Positions 31,067 to 39,734 of a DNA stretch of 64,000 nt are shown here, in pieces. Both the position numbers and the translations under genes were made by a program. Position 1 is the stretch's first letter, and every line of letters begins with the position of its first letter. The stretch is taken from NCBI GenBank assembly GCA_965201075.1, contig CBDAVP010000016.1, forward strand, positions 124,001 to 188,000, written 5' to 3'. The notes under the pieces were generated by a model that saw nothing but the letters and a program-made list of their open reading frames with translations, was not told the origin of the DNA and made no database searches. The DNA comes from Isosphaeraceae bacterium (GTDB lineage: Bacteria > Planctomycetota > Planctomycetia > Isosphaerales > Isosphaeraceae).

Positions 31067-32197
31067 ATGAAGCTTCCCCGCCTCGCCTCGCTGACCTTGC
31101 TGGTCGGCACCCTGATGGCCCCCGCGCGGGCCGATGACACCCCGGCCGACAGCGCCGCGACCTTCGCGGCCTTGAAGGCCGAGTTCAACACCGCCTACAC
31201 CAAGTACCGCGAGGAGCTGAAGGCCAAGAGGCCCAAGACCTCCGATCGGGTCGAGGACAGCCCCGCCCCAGCCTTCGCCCCGCGATTTCTCCAGTTCGCC
31301 AAGGACCACCCCGACACCCCCGAGGCCCTCCCGGCCCTGGACCTCGCGCTACAGATCGTCATTTTCTCGGGCAACGCCGACGGAGACGTCCGGGCCGATG
31401 CCCTCCAACTGATCCGCGACCGTTACGTCGCTGATCCGGCCGTCAAGCAGGTCTGCCGGACCCTCTCCGCGGCCAGCGACGACCCCGCCAGCGAGGCCCT
31501 CCTGCGCGAAATCCTCGCCAAGAACCCTGACCGCGACACCCGAGGAGGCGCCGCCAGGGCCCTGGTCCATCGGGTCGAGGGGGCCGCCCAGCTCGCCGAC
31601 AGACTCCGCAACAACCCCGAGTTCCTCAAGTCCTACCAGCAGCGTGTGGGGAAGGCCAAGCTCGACGAGACGCTGGCCAAAGGCATCCGCGCCGAGGCCG
31701 AAGCCGAGGCCCTCAGAGAATCGTTCCGCGCCGACTACGCCGACTTCTTCCCCACCCTCGCCATCGGACAGACCGCCCCTGAGGTCCTTTTGCATGACGT
31801 CAAGGGCGGCGAGGTCCGTCTTTCGGCCCTGAAGGGGAAGGTCGTCGTCCTCGACATCTGGACGACCTGGTGCGGCCCGTGCAAGGCCATGATTCCCCAC
31901 GAGCGAGAAATGGTCGAACGCCTCAAGGACAAGCCCTTCACCCTGGTCGGCATCAGTTGCGACGAGGAAAAATCGACCCTGATCGAGTTCCTGGCTAAAC
32001 AGTCGATGCCCTGGACTCAGTGCTGGAACGGCCCCAACGGCGGGATCGCCTCGGCCTGGGAGGTCCAATATTACCCGACGATCTACGTGATCGACACCGA
32101 AGGGGTGATTCGCCACAAGGATCTGCAGGGCGAAAAACTGGAGGAGGCTGTCAACCATCTCCTGTCCCAGCCGGTCTCGACAGCCGCCGGAAAGTAA
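31067..32197 (+). CDS. TlpA-like thiol-disulfide oxidoreductase (secreted)
   Basis: Signal peptide, LKGKVVVLDIWTTWCGPC, YPTIYVID. Confidence 0.9.
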   Translation: MKLPRLASLTLLVGTLMAPARADDTPADSAATFAALKAEFNTAYTKYREELKAKRPKTSDRVEDSPAPAFAPRFLQFAKDHPDTPEALPALDLALQIVIFSGNADGDVRADALQLIRDRYVADPAVKQVCRTLSAASDDPASEALLREILAKNPDRDTRGGAARALVHRVEGAAQLADRLRNNPEFLKSYQQRVGKAKLDETLAKGIRAEAEAEALRESFRADYADFFPTLAIGQTAPEVLLHDVKGGEVRLSALKGKVVVLDIWTTWCGPCKAMIPHEREMVERLKDKPFTLVGISCDEEKSTLIEFLAKQSMPWTQCWNGPNGGIASAWEVQYYPTIYVIDTEGVIRHKDLQGEKLEEAVNHLLSQPVSTAAGK

Positions 32198-32231
32198 GGT
32201 CCCCCCGTCAATCCTCGAAGACCCTCTGACG

Positions 32232-32275
32232 TTGGCAGGGGCCCAAGAAGTAGCCCCTGCCAATCTTCATCTTCT
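32232..32275 (+). terminator. possible intrinsic terminator
   Basis: TTGGCAGGGGC-10nt-GCCCCTGCCAA followed by pyrimidine-rich TCTTCATCTTCT, 35 nt after the tlpA-like stop. Confidence 0.5.
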
Positions 32276-32573
32276 GCGGTTACCGATCGCGATCGTTGCA
32301 ATTCTGATCGGCTCCATTGACGAAATTTGAGCGACCAGAAGGGAGTGAATCGCTCCCCCAACGGTTCATCAGTTCGCCGCTCGCGACCACGCGGCCACCT
32401 CTCCGGGAAGATCCGAGAGCGACGCTTGGAAAGTCGATCAAGGGTCGGCCGTATCTGTCCATTGAGGGTCGGTCCAGGGCGACGGCTTGGCCCGGCGCAC
32501 GCCCCTCGGGTACGCTGGGGACGACAAGCGACGACCGAGACCGGGTTCAGGGCCAAGGCCGGGGTAGGACGCG

Positions 32574-32732
32574 ATGGGCCGGGGCCGAAGCCGACTCTTC
32601 CGGGGACGCCAATCCTACAAGGCCTCGGACGTCGCCGCGCTCTTCCTGACGGGACTGCTCCTGGGCGCCGTCAGTTACGGGATTCTGACCTGTCTGGTCT
32701 GGCTCTTCGACCGCATCGCGGGGAAGTCCTAG
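32574..32732 (+). CDS. 52-aa single-pass membrane protein
   Basis: Manual translation MGRGRSRLFRGRQSYKASDVAALFLTGLLLGAVSYGILTCLVWLFDRIAGKS*; AGGA upstream; stop 2 nt before the vWA start. Confidence 0.55.
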   Translation: MGRGRSRLFRGRQSYKASDVAALFLTGLLLGAVSYGILTCLVWLFDRIAGKS

Positions 32733-32734
32733 CC

Positions 32735-33412
32735 ATGTCCCAACGTCCAAGCCCCTTCGCCCGCCTCGCTTTGATCCTGTTCGCGACCGCCTGGAAGGCA
32801 ACCAGCGCCTCCGCGGGCGAACCTCCCAAGGGGGCCACCGAGGTCGCCGCCGGCCTCCAGGCCCCGGGCGTTTCCCTCTCGGAGCGACCGATCGACTGGT
32901 CGGCGCTCCCCCCCTGGGAGCAATCGTCGTTCTTCGGGGTCCGCTCTCGGGGAAAGCTGTTTGTCTTCGTCGTGGACTGTTCCGGAAGCATGGGCGACCA
33001 GGCCCGCCTGGTCCGAGCCAAGGCCGAACTGCGTCGCACGATTGGAGCGATGCGCTACCCCCAGCGCTTCCTGGTCATCTTCTACAACGACGAGCCGTTG
33101 CCAATGCCCGGCCACGCCCCCCGCTCCGCCGACGGCGCCGCTCTGGCGAACTTCACCAGTTGGCTCCAGCACGTCCAAGCCGACGGCGAAACCGACCCCC
33201 GAGCCGCCATGAGTCTCGGCTTGAACTTCCGCCCCGACGCGGTCTACCTTCTCACCGACGGCGCCTTCCCCGACGGCGTACCCGAGGCGATCACCGGCAT
33301 GAACCGCCGCAAGATCCCCATCCACTGCATCGACATGGCCGGCGGCGAAGGCTCCGAGGGACTTCGGCAAATCGCCGCCCAGGCCGGCGGCCAGTACGTC
33401 CTGCGCCCCTGA
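32735..33412 (+). CDS. vWA domain protein
   Basis: MIDAS FVVDCSGSM, GETDP, YLLTDG, LRQIA..GGQY. Confidence 0.88.
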   Translation: MSQRPSPFARLALILFATAWKATSASAGEPPKGATEVAAGLQAPGVSLSERPIDWSALPPWEQSSFFGVRSRGKLFVFVVDCSGSMGDQARLVRAKAELRRTIGAMRYPQRFLVIFYNDEPLPMPGHAPRSADGAALANFTSWLQHVQADGETDPRAAMSLGLNFRPDAVYLLTDGAFPDGVPEAITGMNRRKIPIHCIDMAGGEGSEGLRQIAAQAGGQYVLRP

Positions 33413-33417
33413 GCCGA

Positions 33418-34482
33418 TCACTGACCCGCGGAAACCGTCCCCGCCAGGCTGCCACGGACCGGCATCCCCTCGGGCATCGGCCGGGCCGCCACCTGATACC
33501 CCTTCGCGTGCAGGTGGTCCCGCAGTTTGCGATACAACTCGAAGCTATCCGAATACGTCCAGAGTGTCACCGTCGCGCGCTCGCGGTTGAGCCGGTTCAG
33601 CGACCGGGAGAAATCCGAGATCGGCCGGACGGCGACCTCATAGGTTTCCCCCCGAAGGTCCCGCTCGGGGATGATCTCCCAGGATTGCAATCCAAATGAA
33701 GCCCCCATCACGTCGAACGGGTCGCCCGTCCGCCCGAGTTGATAGGTCATGCCAAAGGCCCCGATCGGCCCGACGTGTCCATTCAACGAGGCGGCCCGCC
33801 CTTCCGACCGTCGAAGTTGGATGCGGGCGTCAACCTTCACCTGCGACAGCAACCGCTCCAGGTCAATCACGGTCACGCGTCCATGCAGAAGCTCGAAGTG
33901 GAACTCCTCGCCATTGGCGGGCCGGGCCACCGGACTTTTGTCAATCAACGGCTTCCCCTGGGGCCGGGGAGCCTTTTGCAACGCGGTGACTTCCCTGGAA
34001 ATCTTGGCTTTCTCGGCCTCCAACGCCTTCAACCGGGCTTTCGCCCGCTCGATGCGCGCCGAGGGGTCGCGCAGGTGGTTGGGCAGGTCGCGAGCCTCCA
34101 AAACGCGCCCGCTGGCCTGGGCCGCGACGGTGGTCACCTCGGATTCCACCTTGGCCAATCGCGCCTCGGCCCGCGCCTTCTCCCGGCGGGCCGACTCCAC
34201 CTCGGCCTCGGCCTTCGCCACGGCCGCCAGGTCCAGAGTTGGCGCTGGTGGGGGCGCCGGCGCTGGCGACGCAATGCGTGGGGTTGGCGAGATGACGACC
34301 AACGGAGTTGGCGCCGGCACAGGCTCAATCGGAGCGACGACGATGGGCGATGGCCGAGGCCGAGGCCGAGCGCGTAGGGACTGGAACACTCCCAGGGCGA
34401 CCAGTACCGCCACCAAGGTCCCCAGATTTCCCAGGATCGCGGCGTAACGTTCCTGGGGGGCGAGACGATCCGTCGTCGACAT
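33418..34482 (-). CDS. membrane-anchored coiled-coil hypothetical protein
   Basis: N-terminal TM, Pro-rich linker, coiled coil, C-terminal alpha/beta domain. Confidence 0.75.
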   Translation of the reverse strand: MSTTDRLAPQERYAAILGNLGTLVAVLVALGVFQSLRARPRPRPSPIVVAPIEPVPAPTPLVVISPTPRIASPAPAPPPAPTLDLAAVAKAEAEVESARREKARAEARLAKVESEVTTVAAQASGRVLEARDLPNHLRDPSARIERAKARLKALEAEKAKISREVTALQKAPRPQGKPLIDKSPVARPANGEEFHFELLHGRVTVIDLERLLSQVKVDARIQLRRSEGRAASLNGHVGPIGAFGMTYQLGRTGDPFDVMGASFGLQSWEIIPERDLRGETYEVAVRPISDFSRSLNRLNRERATVTLWTYSDSFELYRKLRDHLHAKGYQVAARPMPEGMPVRGSLAGTVSAGQ

Positions 34483-36689
34483 CAACGCACCTCCGGGATC
34501 GGCGTGCGGAGTGTAATGCCCGGGGCGGTCTGCACGGTCAACGGCCAGTCGACCCCCTCGGCGAACAGTTCCCCCCGGGCCGCCCACATCGTCCGGTGCC
34601 CGCCCGGCTCGACCAGGAACCGAATCCTCGGCTTCCACTTCAACTGGGGCTCGGCCAACTGCCGGGCGTCGACAATCGTCCGAAGCGCTTTGACGAGGCT
34701 GGCGTCCTTCCCCTTGATCGCCGCCTGAGACAGTCGATAGGCACCCGGATGAATGATGACCCCCCGCGGCTCGCAAACGACGACCAGCTCCAGTCCGGTT
34801 TCAATCCGAGGCTCCTCGGCGTTGCCCGGCCCCTTGGGTTTCGCGGTCGAGGGCTTGGGCGGCGAAGTCGCGCCGGCCGCCGGTGTACCGCCTGGCCGAC
34901 TCCTCGACGGCGGTGGCGGTGACGACGAGGGGGAAGGGGTCGAGGGGAAGTCTCTCGTGCCGTAATTGATCTGAAACTCATTCGTCGGCCCGGAGCCTGA
35001 ACCCTTGCCCGTGCCCCCGGACCCCCCCGAGCCAGGACTACCCCCACTTCCCGCGCCGGCCGCCTCCCCATGAGCCGCCGAACCCGCATCGCCCGTCGTC
35101 GGCGAGGACCCTGTTTCGGCCCCGCCCGTCGTGGCGGTCTCAACGGAACCTGGCTGCCCCAGCGTCGCGAAGTCGGTCCCGAGCGCTTCGGTCCCACCAC
35201 CCGAGGCCGTCGCGGTCCCCGAAGGCTTGTTTCCCGAACCCGCCGAGGTACTCCCTCCGCCACCTTCACCGACCCCGTTATCGGCGAAGCGGCGGTTGGC
35301 CAGGCTGTTCCCCGCGGGGGGTCGGAAGCGATCCGTCACACTCCTCGGACCGGAGTCGAAACCGTTCCCTCGCCCGCCTCCTTGCCAAGACGGAGAACTG
35401 GCATCAAATCCTCCCCGAGTCGCCGGTTCGGTCGATAGACCACCACCCCCGGGGGCACCGCCACCGACCGCGAAACCCCCGCCCCCGCCCCCGCCCCCAC
35501 CGCCGTTACCGATGCCTCCCCCGCGGAAGACGCCAGGTCCCGAGCCGATCCCCCCGGCGCCGCCGAGACCTCCCGGGAACAGGACCGGTTTACCGTCGGA
35601 ATCCGTGGCGTACGCCCCCCCTTGATGGGCAAAGGCTTCCACTTCGTCGAGGCTACGGGGCGGGTCAGGCCCCCGATCTGGCCCACCGGCGAGCGGCCGA
35701 CTCGTCGGCCAGCGCTCGGGCGCTGGTTCCGAGGTGTCCCAGTCCTTGGTTTCGGACGGGTCGGGATAGGTGATCTCCCAGTCCTGGCCGACCAGCTCGT
35801 AACCAAAAGCCAGGCCCATCGGCTCCAGCTTCGCGAGAGCCTCATAATAAGGACGGATGCCGTTGGGCCGAACGATGAACAGGATATAGGGGACGCTGGG
35901 CGCCCCGTCGGGGGTTGGGCCTCGCTGGGCGTTCATCGTTTCCTGGGCCACGGCCGCCAGGAACGGATTCCCACGAATGCCCAGCATCGGCGAGAGTTCC
36001 ATTAGGCCGAAGCTCGGGCCGTCGGGCTGAATGCGGACCTGGCCCTCGGTGCACTCGATGGCGATCGGTCGCCTCCACGTCCCGTTGGGCCCCTTGAACG
36101 GCTGGATCGAGTGGGCCGTCCTGGACCGGAGCCGGCTACGATCCAGCGACGCCCTGGCCTCGTCGCGGTTCTTGTTGAGGATCTGGCGGTCAATCTCCAG
36201 ATTCTCGGCCTCGGCCTCCATTGTCAGGGCATGGTCCTCCAGCGCCACGGCTCGGGCGCGGATGGCCTTCTCCTGACGGTCCAGGTTTTCGACGATCCCA
36301 CTGGTCCGGGCCTTGGCTCGTTCCAGTGCCTCCACGGCCCGGTCGGCGCGGGCCACCGCCTCGCGATCCACGGTGGCGAGGGCTTGAAGCCGCGCAACCT
36401 CCTTGGGGGTCGGATCTTCGGCGGGAGGTGGCGGCGGAGGCGGAGGCGGCGGCGGTTCGATCGCGGCCGGGGGCGGAACCGGCAAGGCGTGGACAACCGT
36501 CGCGGCGCGATCGACAACCCGGTGAGCGGCGATCGGAGGGGGGATTGGCTTGCGATGCGCGCCGACGATTAGAAGCAGGACGCCGGCGAGGCTGCCCAGA
36601 ACCATCAGTAACGGCACGAGTTCGGCAAACCAGCGGACGCGGGGGCGCCGGGGTTTGATTCGGTCGCCCTTGGGCGCGGAACGATCCAT
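34482..36689 (-). CDS. membrane-anchored coiled-coil protein with Gly-rich linker
   Basis: TM, poly-Pro, coiled coil, two similar alpha/beta domains separated by a Gly/Ser/Thr-rich linker; 1-nt stop/start overlap with the next gene. Confidence 0.75.
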   Translation of the reverse strand: MDRSAPKGDRIKPRRPRVRWFAELVPLLMVLGSLAGVLLLIVGAHRKPIPPPIAAHRVVDRAATVVHALPVPPPAAIEPPPPPPPPPPPAEDPTPKEVARLQALATVDREAVARADRAVEALERAKARTSGIVENLDRQEKAIRARAVALEDHALTMEAEAENLEIDRQILNKNRDEARASLDRSRLRSRTAHSIQPFKGPNGTWRRPIAIECTEGQVRIQPDGPSFGLMELSPMLGIRGNPFLAAVAQETMNAQRGPTPDGAPSVPYILFIVRPNGIRPYYEALAKLEPMGLAFGYELVGQDWEITYPDPSETKDWDTSEPAPERWPTSRPLAGGPDRGPDPPRSLDEVEAFAHQGGAYATDSDGKPVLFPGGLGGAGGIGSGPGVFRGGGIGNGGGGGGGGGGFAVGGGAPGGGGLSTEPATRGGFDASSPSWQGGGRGNGFDSGPRSVTDRFRPPAGNSLANRRFADNGVGEGGGGSTSAGSGNKPSGTATASGGGTEALGTDFATLGQPGSVETATTGGAETGSSPTTGDAGSAAHGEAAGAGSGGSPGSGGSGGTGKGSGSGPTNEFQINYGTRDFPSTPSPSSSPPPPSRSRPGGTPAAGATSPPKPSTAKPKGPGNAEEPRIETGLELVVVCEPRGVIIHPGAYRLSQAAIKGKDASLVKALRTIVDARQLAEPQLKWKPRIRFLVEPGGHRTMWAARGELFAEGVDWPLTVQTAPGITLRTPIPEVR

Positions 36690-36831
36690 CGACGCCGGCC
36701 CTCCCTGCCCGGAGCGTCGCCCCCATCCCAACCTCGCCGCATCGCGGACGCGGAGGGGGCGGGGGGACTTCTTCGTTAGACGATCTTCGGGAGTCGGGCA
36801 AGGCGGACTTCAACGATTCCGCCGTCCGGAG

Positions 36832-37104
36832 TTACTCCACGGCATTGCCGAACGACGTGGTCGGGTCGACGGGAGCTTCGGTCGCCCGGCCGGTCGGGTC
36901 GTCGGCATTGGGCGACTGCGGGGCCTGGGAGGGCTCGGTCGGTTGGGTATGGCGGTCGTGACCCGGCTTGTCGGAATCGAGAGGGGCCGTCGGCGCCGCG
37001 GCCTGGTAAGGGGGCGAATCGCCAGCGCCATGCTTCGGTGGCCTGGCGCCGAAGATCCCCTCGAAGTTTGGAAAGCCGTACTTGCGGATGATCGGGCCGC
37101 TCAT
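36832..37104 (-). CDS. small hypothetical protein
   Basis: GGAG upstream; MSGPIIRKYGFPNFEGIFG then a low-complexity tail. Confidence 0.55.
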   Translation of the reverse strand: MSGPIIRKYGFPNFEGIFGARPPKHGAGDSPPYQAAAPTAPLDSDKPGHDRHTQPTEPSQAPQSPNADDPTGRATEAPVDPTTSFGNAVE

Positions 37105-37226
37105 GGTGGAAACGCTCCGGGGCAAGGTTTTCCGCGTCGGCGGTCTCACCAGTCTAAACCAGAGGACCCCTCGGGCTGGAAAAATTCCCCCGCGAGCGTC
37201 ACGTGATCGGCCGTTCTCGCCGCGAG

Positions 37227-38234
37227 TTACTGCTTGGCCTGGGCCTCGGCGAAGGCGGTGTCGAACAGCCGGCCGGCCGAGGCGAAGCCCATCCGCTGCT
37301 TGACGAACTTGGCGGCCTCGGCGGCGCCGTACTCGCGGTCGAATCCGGGGTCTTCCCACTCCACCGACAGCGGGCCGGCGTAGCCGATGGCGTTGAGGGT
37401 CCGGGCGATCGCGTCGAAGTCGACCTGCCCGCGCCCCGGAGAGCGGAAGTCCCAGCCCCGGCGGGCGTCGCCGAAGTTCAGATGAGAGCCCAGAACCCCC
37501 GTCTTGCCGTCCAGCGTTCGCGCGGCGTCCTTGACGTGGACGTGGTAGATCCGGTTGGGGAACTCCCGCAGGAACGCCACCGGGTCGACAAACTGCCAGA
37601 TCAGGTGGCTCGGGTCATAGTTGAAGCCGAATTCCGGTCGATGGTTCAGCGCCTCAAGAGCCCGCTCGGCCGAGTACAGGTCGAAGGCGATCTCCCCCGG
37701 GTGGACTTCCAGCGCGAATTTCACACCGTTCTCGCCGAAGACGTCCAGAATCGGGTTGAACCGCTCGGCCAGCAGGTCAAAACCGGCCTGAATCTGGGCG
37801 TCGGAGACCGGCGGGAATGAGTAGACCAGCGGCCAGATCGATGAGCCAGTGAACCCCGCCACCACGTCCACGCCCAGTTTGCGGGCGGCTCGGGCGGTGT
37901 CCTTCATCTCCTGGATGGCCCAGGTGTTCTTGTCGGTGTGCTTGCCTCGCAGCTCGGCGGGAACCCAGTCGTCGGTCCGGGCGTCGTTGACGTCCAGCAC
38001 CAGTTGGCCGGCTAGGTGGTTGGAGATTGCCCAGACTTTCAAGCCGTGCTTGGCCAGCAGGTCGTGGCGGCTCTGGCAGTAGCCGTCTTCCTTGAGAGCC
38101 TTCTGGACGTTGAAGTGGTCGCCCCAGCAGGCGAGTTCGAGTCCGTCATAGCCCCACTGGCTGGCCTTCTGGGCGATCGTCTCCAGCGGCAGGTCGGCCC
38201 ACTGGCCGGTGAACAGGGTCACGGGGCGTGCCAC
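37227..38234 (-). CDS. sugar phosphate isomerase/epimerase (AP endonuclease 2/xylose isomerase-like TIM barrel)
   Basis: [44 protein letters not shown]. Confidence 0.92.
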   Translation of the reverse strand: MARPVTLFTGQWADLPLETIAQKASQWGYDGLELACWGDHFNVQKALKEDGYCQSRHDLLAKHGLKVWAISNHLAGQLVLDVNDARTDDWVPAELRGKHTDKNTWAIQEMKDTARAARKLGVDVVAGFTGSSIWPLVYSFPPVSDAQIQAGFDLLAERFNPILDVFGENGVKFALEVHPGEIAFDLYSAERALEALNHRPEFGFNYDPSHLIWQFVDPVAFLREFPNRIYHVHVKDAARTLDGKTGVLGSHLNFGDARRGWDFRSPGRGQVDFDAIARTLNAIGYAGPLSVEWEDPGFDREYGAAEAAKFVKQRMGFASAGRLFDTAFAEAQAKQ

Positions 38235-38416
38235 GTCGGGAGTCTCCAAAGGGGCGTGCGATTTCGGCTCGGCGTCAAGCAAGGAACGAGGAGAACGGCA
38301 ACCGTAGTGGGCAAGTCGGGCGCTGTCAACGATTTGACGACCCGCCGGGCCTCGGCGACAATCGGTCGCGAGCCCTGTCCCTCCCAACCTTATCGCTGGC
38401 CACGGTGTTCCCCCTC

Positions 38417-39079
38417 ATGCGGCCGCTCGCCGTCCTGTTCGACTTCGACGGCGTGATCGCCGACACCGAGAACGTCCACGTCGCCGCCTGGGAGCGGACC
38501 TTCGCCCTCCTGGGCTGGGACGTCCCGCCCGAGGACTGCGCCCGCGCCGCCGAGGTTGACGATCGCGCCTTCCTCTCGGGGATCTTCCATTCCCGGGGGA
38601 TCGACGGCGGAGACCTCGACGGCTGGCTGGCTCGCAAGCAGCGGCTGACCCTGGAGATGCTCCGCGACTTTCCGCGCGTCTACCCAGGTGTCGCGGAACT
38701 GGTCGGGGCGCTGCGGGGCCGGGCTCGCCTGGGAGTGGTCTCGACCACCTGGCGGGCCAACATTGACGAGGTGTTGGGGGCCTCGGGGCTGGCCGATGCC
38801 TTCGAGCTGATCGTCGCCAAGGAGGACGTTTCGGCGATGAAGCCCGACCCGGCGGCCTACCAACTGGCCCTCTCGCGGATGAAACTGAAATCCTCAAGGG
38901 TGGCCGCGCTGGAAGACTCGGCGACCGGCCTGACCGCCGCCCTCGCCGCGGGTTTGCGTTGCGTGGCCGTTGGGCACCGGCGAGTCGAGGGAGACTGGTC
39001 GGCCGAGGCGACGTTTCTCGCCAACCTGGGGAGAACCGAGGACGCTCTGCGAGCCCTGGGATTTCCTCGACCCGAGTGA
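38417..39079 (+). CDS. HAD-family phosphatase
   Basis: FDFDGVIADTE, KPDPAAY, LEDSATG. Confidence 0.92.
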   Translation: MRPLAVLFDFDGVIADTENVHVAAWERTFALLGWDVPPEDCARAAEVDDRAFLSGIFHSRGIDGGDLDGWLARKQRLTLEMLRDFPRVYPGVAELVGALRGRARLGVVSTTWRANIDEVLGASGLADAFELIVAKEDVSAMKPDPAAYQLALSRMKLKSSRVAALEDSATGLTAALAAGLRCVAVGHRRVEGDWSAEATFLANLGRTEDALRALGFPRPE

Positions 39080-39134
39080 TCGGCCGTGGCCCGGATCGTC
39101 CGTTTGAAAAATTGGCGAAGATCGGCCGGGACCG

Positions 39135-39163
39135 TTGATGACCGGGAGTTGGCTTCGTATAGT
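39135..39163 (+). promoter_or_regulatory. sigma70-type promoter
   Basis: TTGATG (39135-39140), 17 nt, TATAGT (39158-39163). Confidence 0.65.
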
Positions 39164-39168
39164 ACCCA

Positions 39169-39430
39169 CGTCGGGAGGCGGATTCACCCCGCCCCGGCGA
39201 TGGGGTCGCACGACGGTGCGACGGACCAGAGACCGCCCTCGCGACGAGGCTGGACTCTCGCGGGGCCGGACGGCCCTGTTGTAAAGGAGGTGATCGCGTG
39301 TGTAGTGGTAACCAGAGGGGGCTCGCCTAACGGCGAACTGACGGGTCGCCCACCGGGCGAGCCCCGTGCCTTGCATGGTTTGTGCATAGCCGGACCCGAG
39401 GGCACGTCCTCGGGTCCGGCGCTTTCTTTC
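39169..39430 (+). ncRNA. putative structured small RNA or micro-ORF mRNA
   Basis: Bounded by a promoter and a terminator; several hairpins; AAAGGAGGTGATC SD then GTG ORF 39298-39330 (MCSGNQRGLA*). Confidence 0.5.
39389..39430 (+). terminator. intrinsic terminator
   Basis: 13-bp stem GCCGGACCCGAGG/CCTCGGGTCCGGC followed by GCTTTCTTTC. Confidence 0.7.
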
Positions 39431-39460
39431 CACCTTTCCCACTCCTTAACCCCTGGCGAG

Positions 39461-39583
39461 ATGAGACCTCCGTTGGCGGACTCCCCGGACACCACTCGCG
39501 CCCTTGGCGCGTATTGGCGTGGCAAGGACCCCTACTTTACGGGGTCGTCACTTCCGGGTCGCAGGGCCTTCGGCGGGTCGTGA
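39461..39583 (+). CDS. putative aromatic amino acid leader peptide
   Basis: [44 protein letters not shown] and F codons upstream of DAHP synthase. Confidence 0.6.
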   Translation: MRPPLADSPDTTRALGAYWRGKDPYFTGSSLPGRRAFGGS

Positions 39584-39618
39584 GCGGATCGCTTCCTCGC
39601 CAGCACCACAAATTACCC

Positions 39619-39662
39619 AAAGGCCCCGGGACCCCAGTCGGTCCCGGGGCCTTTTTTTGTTT
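39619..39662 (+). terminator. attenuator terminator upstream of aroF
   Basis: AAAGGCCCCGGGACC-CCAGTC-GGTCCCGGGGCCTTT running into T7 and GTTT, about 75 nt before the aroF start. Confidence 0.85.
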
Positions 39663-39734
39663 CCCTCGCTCTCGTTTCCTGGCCTTTGCTCACCCTTTTG
39701 CCCGACGACGTACCCCGACGGAGGACGGTTCCCC

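Noticed and set aside
34860..35570. Repeat array or CRISPR-like low-complexity stretch
   Set aside because: Encodes the in-frame Gly/Ser/Pro linker of the 34482..36689 protein; no regular repeat-spacer pattern here or elsewhere in the window
39283..39295. Possible 16S rRNA 3'-end fragment (reverse complement GATCACCTCCTTT)
   Set aside because: Flanking sequence does not match helix 45 or any other rRNA segment; better read as an extended SD on the plus strand
39169..39430. tmRNA (short ORF ending in LA-stop)
   Set aside because: No tRNA-like acceptor or T-arm ends, and the ORF has its own SD and start codon
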